A stretch of DNA of 64,000 nt from contig JAZDCY010000014.1 of NCBI GenBank assembly GCA_036679645.1, forward strand, positions 128,001 to 192,000, given 5' to 3'. Shown piece after piece: positions 19,880 to 29,671 of the stretch (positions are counted from its first letter, which is position 1; the number at the start of each line of letters is the position of its first letter). The stretch is from Gemmatimonadota bacterium. GTDB lineage: Bacteria > Gemmatimonadota > Gemmatimonadetes > Gemmatimonadales > GWC2-71-9. The translations under genes and the position numbers were made by a program. The notes under the pieces were generated by a model, which did no database searches, had not been told where the DNA came from, and saw only the letters and a list, made by a program, of their open reading frames with translations.

Positions 19880-20019
19880 GGGCCACGAAGATGTAAGGTC
19901 GCGCGAGTATGCGCGAGGTAAGAGGTTTGGGGGCCCATTTGGGCCCCAACGTACGGACGGCCGCTCAACAGGACGGCCGTCGGCACAGGAAGTTTCGTTC
20001 ACTGCGTTCTCTGCGGTGA
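19838..20019 (-). promoter_or_regulatory. Kinase 5' cassette copy in front of the Sel1 gene
   Basis: gaagatgt..gcgcgagg..gtttggg(g)gccc.tttgggccccaa aligns with 59298-59386 and 32339-32432; REP half at 20002-20019. Confidence 0.75.
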
Positions 20020-20077
20020 CACGTCTCCGCGCTGCCCGTACGAGACGAGTTACCGCCGTCTCGCCACTGATCTATTT

Positions 20078-20173
20078 TACATAATATGATAGTTGATAAT
20101 TGCTACTATTGGCATTAATCGCCATTATATTAGTTGTAGATTGATTTCACTATAATAGCTATTATATTATGTA
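20078..20173. promoter_or_regulatory. AT-rich hipBA promoter with imperfect inverted repeat (putative operator)
   Basis: TACATAATATGATAG ... CTATTATATTATGTA. Confidence 0.6.
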
Positions 20174-20195
20174 TTAGCAGCAATCTGGGGGATTT

Positions 20196-20510
20196 TTGAC
20201 TACTATAACAGGTGACACGACAGATGGAGAGATTATCCGCGAACTCGGTCTGCGGCTACGCTCTTATCGCCTTCAGCAGAATCTCAGCGTCGCGGAGGTC
20301 GCGGCGCGGGCCGGACTGAACCCGAACACGGTCGTCAATGCCGAGGGTGGCAAGAACTCGCGCCTCACAACGATCATGCGCCTCCTCCGGGTATACGGAC
20401 GCATTGAGGCGGTGAACGCGTTCCTTCCTGCACCGCAAATATCCCCCCTGGAACTAGCGAGGCGAAAGGGCCACCCTCGCAAGCGCGCGCGGAAGCGCAA
20501 AGATGGCTGA
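20196..20510 (+). CDS. hipB: XRE-family HTH antitoxin (HipB-like)
   Basis: RLQQNLSVAEVAARAGL..NTV.NAE.G; overlaps hipA. Confidence 0.85.
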   Translation: MTTITGDTTDGEIIRELGLRLRSYRLQQNLSVAEVAARAGLNPNTVVNAEGGKNSRLTTIMRLLRVYGRIEAVNAFLPAPQISPLELARRKGHPRKRARKRKDG

Positions 20511-21780
20511 GACCGCAGTCTGGGCTGAGATCTGGCTGTGGGACACGTGGGTTGGAGCCGTCGCAGAGGCGGAGGATGGCCAGGTCACGTTCGAATACAA
20601 CCCCGAGTTTCGGAAACAAGGGCTCGAGATATCCCCGTTGATGTTACCGCTGTCGAGAGAAGGCGCCGTCACCTTCCCAGAGCTTCATCGAGTAGAGGCC
20701 TTTCAGGGACTGCCCGGCGTCTTGGCAGACGCCCTGCCCGATCGATTTGGCAACGCGGTGATCAGGAAGTACTTCTCGGACCGCGGAACACCCGAGGCAG
20801 CCATGCGTCCGGTGCAGAAACTTCTGTACATCGGGGAGCGCGCAATGGGCGCTTTAGAGTTCCGCCCTGCCATCAAGATCCGACGCACTGCCGAGCGTGA
20901 ATCCCTCGAGATCGCTGAACTGGTCGAGCAAGCTCGGGTCGTCATCGAAGGGCGACCGGACGTGAGCATTCCGGAGATGATGCGCGTCGGCGCGTCTGCT
21001 GGAGGGGCGCGAGCGAAAGCACTGATTCTGTGGAATCGTGCAGCAGACGAGGTGCGCTCGGCGTTCGCCACGCCACGGCAGGGGGATGAGCACTGGATGG
21101 TCAAATTCGACGGCGTGGGTGAGCTGGGCGAGCCTGACGCGACTCCAAAGCCCTTCAATCGGATCGAATTCGTCTACTCACGCCTTGCGCGAGACGCAGG
21201 GATCACCATGCCAGAGACCAGACTGTTTCAAGAGCGAGAGCACGGGCATCTGATGGTCAAGCGGTTCGACAGATCGGAAACGCAGAGACTGCACTTACAC
21301 AGTCTTGGTGGTATCCACCACATCGACTTCAACACCCCCGGTCTATTCTCGTACGAACAGTTCTTGCGGACGATCCTGTCCCTCGGGCTCGACTACCGCA
21401 CAATGGAGGAGGCGTATCGCCGCTCCGTGTTCAACATCGTGGCCGTAAACCAAGATGACCACGTCAAGAACATCGGCTTCCTGATGGACAGACAGGGGAC
21501 CTGGCAACTCTCACCTGCCTATGACCTCACCTACGCTCGAGGAACCGGTTACACCCGGCGTCATCAAATGTCGCTCAATCGTAAGCGTGACGACTTCATC
21601 AGAGACGATCTGCTCGTTCTCGGGAAGAAAATGGGAATCAAACGTGGTGGAGAGTATGTAATTGACGAAGTGATCGAATCCATGAGCAATTGGAAGGAAT
21701 ATGCCAGGGAGGCCATGGTCCCGAGCGGCACAATAGAGTCGATACAGAAGCAGTTTCGTCTGCTGCGCGCGCGCGCTTGA
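20503..21780 (+). CDS. hipA: HipA-family kinase toxin
   Basis: LADALPDRFG, GALEF, GASAGGARAK, NQDDHVKN, LSPAYDL. Confidence 0.93.
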   Translation: MAETAVWAEIWLWDTWVGAVAEAEDGQVTFEYNPEFRKQGLEISPLMLPLSREGAVTFPELHRVEAFQGLPGVLADALPDRFGNAVIRKYFSDRGTPEAAMRPVQKLLYIGERAMGALEFRPAIKIRRTAERESLEIAELVEQARVVIEGRPDVSIPEMMRVGASAGGARAKALILWNRAADEVRSAFATPRQGDEHWMVKFDGVGELGEPDATPKPFNRIEFVYSRLARDAGITMPETRLFQEREHGHLMVKRFDRSETQRLHLHSLGGIHHIDFNTPGLFSYEQFLRTILSLGLDYRTMEEAYRRSVFNIVAVNQDDHVKNIGFLMDRQGTWQLSPAYDLTYARGTGYTRRHQMSLNRKRDDFIRDDLLVLGKKMGIKRGGEYVIDEVIESMSNWKEYAREAMVPSGTIESIQKQFRLLRARA

Positions 21781-21784
21781 TGCG

Positions 21785-22450
21785 CTACTCGGGCTGCGGT
21801 ACGATCCGGATGTAAGGCAACGGTTCCTGCCAGCCGTCAGGGTACTTCGCCTTGGCGTCCTCGTTTGACACTGACGGAAGGATGATCACGTCGCCACCCC
21901 GCTCCCAATTCGCCGGTGTGGCAACCTGGTGCTGCGCCGTCAATTGGCAGGAGTCGAGTAATCTCAAGATCTCCGCGAAGTTGCGCCCGGTGCTCATCGG
22001 ATATGTCAGCATCGCCTTGATCTTCTTATCTGGCCCAATCACGAAGACCGACCTGGCCGTGGCATTTTCGGCCGGCGTTCTTCCCTCGGACGTATCGCCT
22101 GCGTCCGCCGGCAACATGTCGTAGAGCTTGACCACTTTCAGCTCGGGATCCCCTATCAACGGATAGTTGAGGGAGTTCCCCTGCGATGCCTCGATGTCCT
22201 TTGACCAAGACTTGTGATCGCTCACACCATCGACGCTGATTCCCAGAACCTTACAGTTGCGTTGGTCGAACTCCTTCTTGAGACCGGCAACGGCACCCAG
22301 CTCGGTAGTACAGACCGGCGTGAAGTCCTTCGGATGCGAGAACAGCAATGCCCATCCGTCGCCGATCCACTCGTGGAAATTGATGGTTCCTTCCGTCGTG
22401 TCGGCGGTGAAATCGGGAGCGGTGTTGTTGATTCGCAATGTCATTGTCAT
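21785..22450 (-). CDS. 1-Cys peroxiredoxin (Prx6)
   Basis: FSHPKDFTPVCTTE, YPMSTGRNF, VATPANW. Confidence 0.95.
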   Translation of the reverse strand: MTMTLRINNTAPDFTADTTEGTINFHEWIGDGWALLFSHPKDFTPVCTTELGAVAGLKKEFDQRNCKVLGISVDGVSDHKSWSKDIEASQGNSLNYPLIGDPELKVVKLYDMLPADAGDTSEGRTPAENATARSVFVIGPDKKIKAMLTYPMSTGRNFAEILRLLDSCQLTAQHQVATPANWERGGDVIILPSVSNEDAKAKYPDGWQEPLPYIRIVPQPE

Positions 22451-22796
22451 GCTCCATTGGTGTAGTGGGTTACGCCGTTTGTGAGGCGCGCAATCGGCGG
22501 TCGAGCTCCTCTTCGGCCCGAAGGACCCTCACCGCCACGTTGAGCTCACCTCCCAGACTGGATCTAATGGTCCGCACAGCAGCTCGCTAGACGCCAACCC
22601 TTTTCTCTGTCCATAGGTGTCTCCCGACGAATCATGGCTGAGGGTCAATGCGCCATGCCCACGTCCCGCGCTCCACGACCGTCGCGCAAACACCACATTC
22701 CCCAGCCAGCCGCCAAGCGGGGGTGTCGCACGCCCCCCTGGGTTGCCGAGGCCCGCCCGAGGAACCACTCTTGCTGTCCTCCTTGTCCGGGGCTTC

Positions 22797-25700
22797 ATGT
22801 ACCGACCGTGTAACCGCGTTCTGCTGGGGATCCTACTCGCCGCCATGGCAGCGCTTCTCGTGGGGAGTTGTACCGACGAGACCGCGCCGGGGCCGATCCT
22901 GCACGGCCGGTTCGCAATTCAGCCTTTCTTCTCGACGGCCGCGGCGGGCATCGTCCCGCTGTCCCAAGCGCGCTTTCTCGTCGTTCGCATAGGCGACAAC
23001 AGCGTCGCCGCGGACACCGTCTTGGCACTGGCCCCTGACCAGGACAGCGTGGATCTCGCGCTCACCGTCCCCCTGCTCCAGGACGGCGAGACGGTCGAAG
23101 TCACGATCACTCTGATCACGCCGGCGGGCGATACGGCCTTCCGCGCGGGGCCTCTTCTCGTGTCCCCCTCGACGAGCGGACCGCCGGTTCTGATCGATGC
23201 CGAGTTCACTTATGAGGGCCCCGGCGCATCCGCCGTTTCGGTTGACATCGCCGACCCACCGGCTGGCATTCTGTTTATCGGCGAGACGATACGGCTCACG
23301 GCAACCGCGTTCGACGATGGTGACAATCCGATCCCAAATACGCCTTTCCGATGGGAGACGCTCAACCCGCTCATCGCCTCGGTAGCCAATATCGACGCGG
23401 CGTTCGTCGCGACCGTGCTCGCGGAATCCATGCGGGGCGATGCGCAGATCGTGGTGACCTCACCGACCGACCTCACCGACACCGTGACCGTGAGCGTTCA
23501 ACCCCTGCCGAACGGGATCGCTGTGGAGTCAGGCAACGGCCAGTCGGGAACGGTCGGCACCGCGCTCCCGCAGCCCCTGACCGCACGCGTCACCGCCACC
23601 GACGGCCTGGGAGTGAGCGGGGTGTGGGTGCTGTTCTCCGTAGCCGGTGGCGGCGGCACGTTGTCCGTCGATTCCGCGCTCGCCGACACGAGTGGGTTCG
23701 CCTCAGCGAGCCTGACCCTGGGCCTCGTTGCCGGCGTCCACACGGTGGTGGCCTCGACCGCCATGTTGCCGGCCACGACAGCCACGTTCACGGCGGATGC
23801 GCTCGCCGGACCCCCGCAAAACATCACTCTGTCGGCGGGCGACGCGCAAACCGCCGCGGCCGGGACGGCCGTCGCCACCGCGCCCGCCGTGCTCGTCACG
23901 GACGCAAACGGGAACCCGATCTCAGGCGTGTCAGTCACGTTCGAGGTCGTCTCCGGCGGCGGCTCGATTACCGGCGCCCTGCCCAACACGGACGCGTCCG
24001 GCACCGCGACGCTCAGCAGCTGGACGCTCGGCACCGTGCCCGGCTCGAATGTGCTGCGGGCGTTTCTCACCGGGTTCGGTCTCGGCGCCGACCCCGGTCC
24101 CAAAGCCCGGGGGCGAACCCCCGCCCAGACGGCGGCGCCCACCGATACCGTCACCCTAGCCGGTCCTAAGGGCCGCGGGCGAACCCCCAACCAGACGGCG
24201 GCGCCCACCGATACCGTCACCTTCACCGCCAACGGCGTCACGACCCCGCCGGCAACGGTCGTGCTCGTGTCCGGTGACACGCAAATCGGAACCGTAGGTG
24301 CGGTTCTGACGGCTTCGCTCGTGGCCCGGGTGGAAGACGCGCTCGGCAACCCGCTGCCAGCGGTGACGGTCAATTGGGTGGTGACGCTCGGGACCGGCAG
24401 CGTCGACGCAGTGGCGGTCGTTACCGATGCCGCTGGTCTTGCGGCGGTCGCTTGGACGCTCGGGACCGCCGCCGGAACCGGTCACTCCGTGACGGCGTCC
24501 GTGAGCGGGGTCGTGCCCACGGCGGTGTACACAGCAACCGCCCTTCCGGGCCCGCCAGCGGCCCTGGCGTTCGTCACGCAGCCCTCGGACACGCTCCGAA
24601 GCGCGATCATTGCACCGCCCGTCGAAGTGGAGATCCTCGACCAGTTCGCAAATCGAGTAACCGCCGACTCGGTCACGGGTGTCGACATCACCATCACAGC
24701 CGGCACTGGAACGGTCGGCGCTGTACTCTCGGGAACTACCACCCAGACGGCCGTCGGCGGACTCGTGACGTTCGCGGACCTCAGCATCAATCTCGCCGGA
24801 ACCGCGTACACGCTGGATGCGACGATCCCCAGCCTGGCGCTCGCGACCAGCGCGCCGTTCGACATCAACGCCCCGCCGTCTCCGCCCGCCGTGCTGATCA
24901 GCCATTGGGCCGCCGACGGCAACCCCGTCGATTCAGCCGATGGTAACGACGGCACCCTCGTGGGCGGCACCGCGTTCGCGCCCGGCCTGATCAATCAGGC
25001 ATTCGCCTTCGACGGCGTAGACGACCTCGTGAACATCGGCAACCCGGCGAACCTCCAGCTCTCCGCCGGCACGTTCTCCGTCAGCGTCTGGGCATTCGCC
25101 AACGTGGCGAACGTCGACATGTCGTTCGTGGACCGGATGAGTGGAATCAACGAAGACGGCTGGCGGATGGCGCAGCAGTTCCAGAACAACGAAGTCTGGT
25201 TCTGTCTGGGCGGGGGCACGGGCGTAAACGGTTGCCAGACCGGCGCCGCCACAACCGTCCAGACCGGTTCGATCAATGTTGGCGCGTGGTCTCACTTGGT
25301 CACCGTCAAGTCGGGCGACAGCATCGCGATCTACCTGAACGGACAGCTGGCGCAGCAGAAAGCGCTGCCGCCGTTCACTGACAATCAGGCAAACAACCTG
25401 CTGATCGGCAGCAGTGCCACGACTGGCGCCAGCGCGTTCATGAACGGCCTGCTGGACGACGTGCGGATCTATTCGGGCGTGCTCACCGCGACGCAGGTCG
25501 ACTCGATATTCGTAGCCGTAGTGTCCGCCGCGCCGTCGAAGCTCGACTTCACGGGCGAGCCGGTGAACACCTCGGTCAACGGCACGATGCCGACCGTCGA
25601 GGTGACCGCCCGTGATCCACTGGGCAACGTCGATGCGAGCTTCACCGGAAACGTCACCGTCACGATCCTCGACGACCCCAGCGCGGGCGCCGCCATCTTG

Positions 25701-26201
25701 GGCGGAACGACCACGGTGCCGGCGGTGGGCGGCGTGGCGCAGTTCACGGATCTCACGATCGACGTTATCGGGACGGGGTACACGTTCGAGGCCACGGCCA
25801 CCGGCTTCGATCCCAACACCAGCGTCACCTTCGACATCACGATTCCCCCCGTCACTGCTACGATTAGTTGGGCCAATCCCGTTAGCGGTAACTGGAACGA
25901 TCCGACGATGTGGAACACTGGAGTCGTACCGGTAGCTTCGGACGTTGTCACCATTGACGTTCCAGGAGCGCCATTCTCTGTCACCCTCGGCGCATCAGCG
26001 ACCGTAGACGGGCTCCTACTGGGTGGAGGGACCTCTGATCCGACTCTTCGAATAGCTACCAGCGTCAATGTCGCTGTCACGCTCACCGTGGCCAACGGCA
26101 TGACCAATGCCGGTACGATAGAACTAACCACGCTGGGCGGTGCCGGTGGCAGCACTCAGGCGCTGAATATCACCACCGGGTACCATCGAGGTGGTGGATA
26201 A
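22797..26201 (+). CDS. Large surface lipoprotein with Ig-like repeats and LamG-like domain (N-terminal part, frameshifted near 26180)
   Basis: LLVGSC lipobox; SG(N/D).Q.G.VG repeats; HW.ADGN..FDGVDD..W.H..IYLNG..G.LDDVRIY. Start trimmed to ATG 22797. Confidence 0.85.
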   Translation: MYRPCNRVLLGILLAAMAALLVGSCTDETAPGPILHGRFAIQPFFSTAAAGIVPLSQARFLVVRIGDNSVAADTVLALAPDQDSVDLALTVPLLQDGETVEVTITLITPAGDTAFRAGPLLVSPSTSGPPVLIDAEFTYEGPGASAVSVDIADPPAGILFIGETIRLTATAFDDGDNPIPNTPFRWETLNPLIASVANIDAAFVATVLAESMRGDAQIVVTSPTDLTDTVTVSVQPLPNGIAVESGNGQSGTVGTALPQPLTARVTATDGLGVSGVWVLFSVAGGGGTLSVDSALADTSGFASASLTLGLVAGVHTVVASTAMLPATTATFTADALAGPPQNITLSAGDAQTAAAGTAVATAPAVLVTDANGNPISGVSVTFEVVSGGGSITGALPNTDASGTATLSSWTLGTVPGSNVLRAFLTGFGLGADPGPKARGRTPAQTAAPTDTVTLAGPKGRGRTPNQTAAPTDTVTFTANGVTTPPATVVLVSGDTQIGTVGAVLTASLVARVEDALGNPLPAVTVNWVVTLGTGSVDAVAVVTDAAGLAAVAWTLGTAAGTGHSVTASVSGVVPTAVYTATALPGPPAALAFVTQPSDTLRSAIIAPPVEVEILDQFANRVTADSVTGVDITITAGTGTVGAVLSGTTTQTAVGGLVTFADLSINLAGTAYTLDATIPSLALATSAPFDINAPPSPPAVLISHWAADGNPVDSADGNDGTLVGGTAFAPGLINQAFAFDGVDDLVNIGNPANLQLSAGTFSVSVWAFANVANVDMSFVDRMSGINEDGWRMAQQFQNNEVWFCLGGGTGVNGCQTGAATTVQTGSINVGAWSHLVTVKSGDSIAIYLNGQLAQQKALPPFTDNQANNLLIGSSATTGASAFMNGLLDDVRIYSGVLTATQVDSIFVAVVSAAPSKLDFTGEPVNTSVNGTMPTVEVTARDPLGNVDASFTGNVTVTILDDPSAGAAILGGTTTVPAVGGVAQFTDLTIDVIGTGYTFEATATGFDPNTSVTFDITIPPVTATISWANPVSGNWNDPTMWNTGVVPVASDVVTIDVPGAPFSVTLGASATVDGLLLGGGTSDPTLRIATSVNVAVTLTVANGMTNAGTIELTTLGGAGGSTQALNITTGYHRGGG
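24094..24221 (+). repeat. In-frame 66-bp tandem duplication
   Basis: GPKARGRTPAQTAAPTDTVT / GPKGRGRTPNQTAAPTDTVT. Confidence 0.9.
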
Positions 26202-26716
26202 CGACCTGACGATCACGACCGCTGGTGCCATCACGACAACCAGTGGTACGCTCACTGCCCCGTCGGGACGTATCCTGCGCCTCGATGGGCTGGTGGAGAT
26301 CGGTACGGGCACGGTCTTTACCGGCACCGGGACGCTCCGGCTTGCCAACACGGTCACAGTATCCACTCCGGCGATTTTCCCCAGCGGCGGGCCCACGATC
26401 GACCTGAACACCGCCACTGCGGTTACCGTGAACGGTCCCGCACTGTTGACCAATCGGGGATTGATGTTACTGAGCGCCGATGTGATCGACGCTCCGTTTA
26501 TCAACGAGGGTAGAGTTATCGTGCAGGGAAGCTCCACGATCAACGGAGCGTTTACCAACGCCGGTACACCCACGGTGGGATTGCTACAGGTAGCTACCAG
26601 CATCAATGTCGCTGTCACGCTCACCGTGGCCAACGGCATGACCAATGCCGGTACGATAGAACTAACCACGCTGGGCGGTGCCGGTGGCAGCACTCAGGCG
26701 CTGAATATCACCACCG
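26053..26716 (+). repeat. 126-bp direct repeat (26053-26178 and 26591-26716)
   Basis: One mismatch seen; copies are 538 bp apart. Confidence 0.9.
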
Positions 26717-27228
26717 CTGCCATAGTGAATCAGGGGACAATGGATGCCGAGAGTGGCACACTGACGCTAGCCGCAACCGCCACGCTGGATCATCAGGCCG
26801 GCGCGTTCGTGCAAGGAAACGGCACGTTCGATATCTCTTCAGCCGCATCCGTGACGTTCAACGGGTTCGTGGTTCCGGGTACTAACGGCACGGCGGGAAC
26901 CCTTAGGATACAGGGGAACTTGTCGATGGGCGCAACCGCCGGTTTCATAATCGACATTGCCGGCACGACCCAGGGTACTCAGTATGACCACCTGATAGTG
27001 AACGGCGTGATGACGGTTAACGGCACCATGCAGATTGTTTGGGACAATACGGCGTTCCCCAGTCCGACTATCGGTGACTCGTTCCAGGTGGCAACATACA
27101 ACACCGGCAGCAGCGGAAGCTTCCCGTCCGGAGTTACAGGACGAACGATCGACGGCTCCACGAGACAGTTCAGCCTTCCCAGTATCAACGCCACCAATAT
27201 GGTCGTTAGTGTAGTCGCCTTCCCATGA
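26179..27228 (+). CDS. C-terminal part of the surface protein (beta-helix/autotransporter-passenger-like)
   Basis: Same Thr/Gly/Asn-rich repeat as the upstream ORF; PG..AGTL.IQG..IDIAG...QYDHL.V.G tail; no own RBS evident. Confidence 0.75.
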   Translation, partial: GTIEVVDNDLTITTAGAITTTSGTLTAPSGRILRLDGLVEIGTGTVFTGTGTLRLANTVTVSTPAIFPSGGPTIDLNTATAVTVNGPALLTNRGLMLLSADVIDAPFINEGRVIVQGSSTINGAFTNAGTPTVGLLQVATSINVAVTLTVANGMTNAGTIELTTLGGAGGSTQALNITTAAIVNQGTMDAESGTLTLAATATLDHQAGAFVQGNGTFDISSAASVTFNGFVVPGTNGTAGTLRIQGNLSMGATAGFIIDIAGTTQGTQYDHLIVNGVMTVNGTMQIVWDNTAFPSPTIGDSFQVATYNTGSSGSFPSGVTGRTIDGSTRQFSLPSINATNMVVSVVAFP

Positions 27229-27296
27229 GGCTCGGCCCGACGGAGGGATGGAAGCAGAAGTAACGCGGCCGAGTCGGAGCGCCCCGGCTCACTGAT

Positions 27297-28298
27297 TCAC
27301 TGCTTAGGTGGTAGCCTCTCCAACGCAGCCTTCGGCGGGCCGTACTCTGGGTCGAGTCGCAGTGACGCCTCGTACGCCTCGCGGGCGCGATCTACGTCGC
27401 CGCGATGCTCGTGGATCATGCCAAGCCGCCACTGCGCAGCAGCGTGGGGTAGACCTTCGGCCGGCGGGTGGCGCAAGTACTCCTCCAGCGACGCGCGTGC
27501 CAAATCGAGCTCCTGCCCCGTGAGTGCTCCGATCCTTCCGATCTGGTAGAGCGCATCGAGGTTGGCCGCGTCGATCTCGACGATGCGCCGTAACTGCTCG
27601 AGTACCGCGAGGCGACCGGCGACAGTGGTATCTGAGTTGACCGCGATACCGGCCACTTCAACCGCAGTATCGAACTCGCGGGCGCCAATGAGATTGTCGA
27701 AGGCGGGGCGCACGAGTTCCGGTCGGCCGGCCCTCGCAGCAACACCCAAGAGCGCGTAGGCGAGACACTCGCGTACGAGCGGACGCTCGGACCGGTTTCG
27801 CTCAAGAACAACCACGGCATCAGCGATCAAGACGTCCAGCGTGTCAGGAATCTCAATTCTACGAAATTCGCCGGGCTCCAGGCCGCAGAGCCGCCTGATA
27901 CCACCGTGCGCGCCAGCCACTGCTCCGGCCTTGTCGGGCTTGCCCGTCAGCAGGTACACCTGCGTCGCCCACACCGCGCTGGGGAAGTTAAACGGCATCC
28001 TGGCGAGGAGCGAGCGAAAGTACCCAGCGTCAAGGAGCGAGTCCGCGATCACGACCGCCGCGTCGAATCTGCCAAGCTTGGCCAACAGCGCCACCCGTCT
28101 GCCGGCCCGATTCTCCATGTCGCTCTCCACACCGAGTGATTCTGCCGTATCGAGATAGTCGAGGGCGGCACCGTCTTCGCCGGCGAGTTCGTATACTCGT
28201 GATGCCATCAGGTATGCTTCGGCCTCGTTGGGGCCGGCAGCGACCCACTGGTCCACCCATGCTTGTGCGATCTCCACCGCTCTGCGCTGCGACCGCAC
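27297..28298 (-). pseudogene. TPR-repeat protein, probably an N-terminally truncated remnant
   Basis: ALYQIG, AQWRLGMIHE..G....A..YEASLRLDP; begins mid-repeat with no clear start signal. Confidence 0.6.
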
Positions 28299-28383
28299 GA
28301 ACGATCCAGATGGGAGGCAGATTGAGCCAGCGGTGCGGCGGCGATTCCCCTCATCGAACGCAGGTCTTTCTCACTGGGTGCAC

Positions 28384-29604
28384 GTGAAATCGCTAAAACA
28401 CACCAGGCCGCAATGGCTCCCGGTGGCACTACTGATCTTGGCGCTCCTGACAATTGCGATGATCGTCGTGGCAGTCGGGGTCATGCTCGACGTCCTGCCG
28501 GCTTGGGCGCCGCGTTTGGGCACCGCTGGCGCAGGTGATTGGGCAACGGTGAACACGGTGCTCCCGATCGGCTCGTCGCTCGTGGGAGCTGTCTTCGTCA
28601 CGTCGATCTTTCGTCGCTACGCCGCGAGAGGGGGCACCCATCTCCTGGCGTGGGGCATCGGGTTGGTGTTCTTTGCCACCGGAAGCGTTACAGAATCGAT
28701 TCACGGGCTTTTCGGGTGGCATGATCTCGTCTTCCGCTTCTGGTACCTCTTCGGGGCTGTGCTCATTGCTGCCTGGATGGGACAGGGAACGGTTCACCTG
28801 CTGGCGCCGGCAAAGCCCGCTCGCATGCTGTCGGTTCTTCTGTTGGTGTTTTCCGCGTACGCGACGTTCAAGGTGATGGGTGCCGACCTCGAACCCCGAC
28901 TCCTCGCGAGCGGCGTGCAGCTTGTCGACGTGGCTCCCGGCCAGAACGAGCACGACCTCCTCGGCTACGCAGCTGCGTTGGCCGATCAAACAGCCGTGGA
29001 CGAGCAGGGGCAACCCGACCGACGTCGCCTCACACCGTTCGCTCGCTCGCTCGCCGAGGCGGCGCTCGCTGCGGGGACGCCTCCCGGTACAGCTCGCCTC
29101 TCTCAACCCGCTCAGGGCATCAACCTCGCGGGAGACCTAGACGGGCACGTGCTGCTGATCGGGGACGTTGACTGGCTGGTAGGTCACGGGGTGCCGGGTG
29201 CCCGTCAGGATCTGGCGGACGCTGCATGGACCGTCTTCGTGGCGGTCGACGGTCGCGTTGCGGGTCGCCTGGAACTGGCCGAGCCCGTCGTCTTCAGCGG
29301 CCACGTGATAAGGAGTCCCGGCGTCCGTACGCTAACGCCTTTCTTCAACATCTATGGCATCATCACTCTGATCGGCGGAGCGATCTACTCGGCGTGGGTG
29401 TTTTGGCGAAAGCAGATCATGGCGCATCGAGCCCTGGGCAACGTGCTAATCGCCGGAGCGGCGATCTTGGGCGGAGGGGGAAGCGCGTTCGCCCGGTTCG
29501 GGATGCTCACGTACTTGTATGTGCTGGAGCTGACGTCGCTAATCATGATGTACGTGGGGTTCCTGTTCGCGACCCGATCCCGGACGCCCGGGCAAGACGG
29601 TTAA
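28384..29604 (+). CDS. Multi-pass membrane protein with an inserted P1B-ATPase N-domain-like segment
   Basis: Hydrophobic helices (HLLAWGIGL, FRFWYLFG, GQGTVHLL; TPFFNIYG..GGAIYS) flank a soluble insert. Start uncertain (GTG 28384). Confidence 0.7.
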   Translation: MKSLKHTRPQWLPVALLILALLTIAMIVVAVGVMLDVLPAWAPRLGTAGAGDWATVNTVLPIGSSLVGAVFVTSIFRRYAARGGTHLLAWGIGLVFFATGSVTESIHGLFGWHDLVFRFWYLFGAVLIAAWMGQGTVHLLAPAKPARMLSVLLLVFSAYATFKVMGADLEPRLLASGVQLVDVAPGQNEHDLLGYAAALADQTAVDEQGQPDRRRLTPFARSLAEAALAAGTPPGTARLSQPAQGINLAGDLDGHVLLIGDVDWLVGHGVPGARQDLADAAWTVFVAVDGRVAGRLELAEPVVFSGHVIRSPGVRTLTPFFNIYGIITLIGGAIYSAWVFWRKQIMAHRALGNVLIAGAAILGGGGSAFARFGMLTYLYVLELTSLIMMYVGFLFATRSRTPGQDG

Positions 29605-29671
29605 CGATCATCCGTGCGATCCGCCTGCTACGCCTCGGTCACTACATGCCAAGTACTCGAGATCGGTCACG

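Noticed and set aside
26053..26716. DGR template/variable repeat pair
   Set aside because: Only one mismatch, both copies are coding, and there is no reverse transcriptase in the window.
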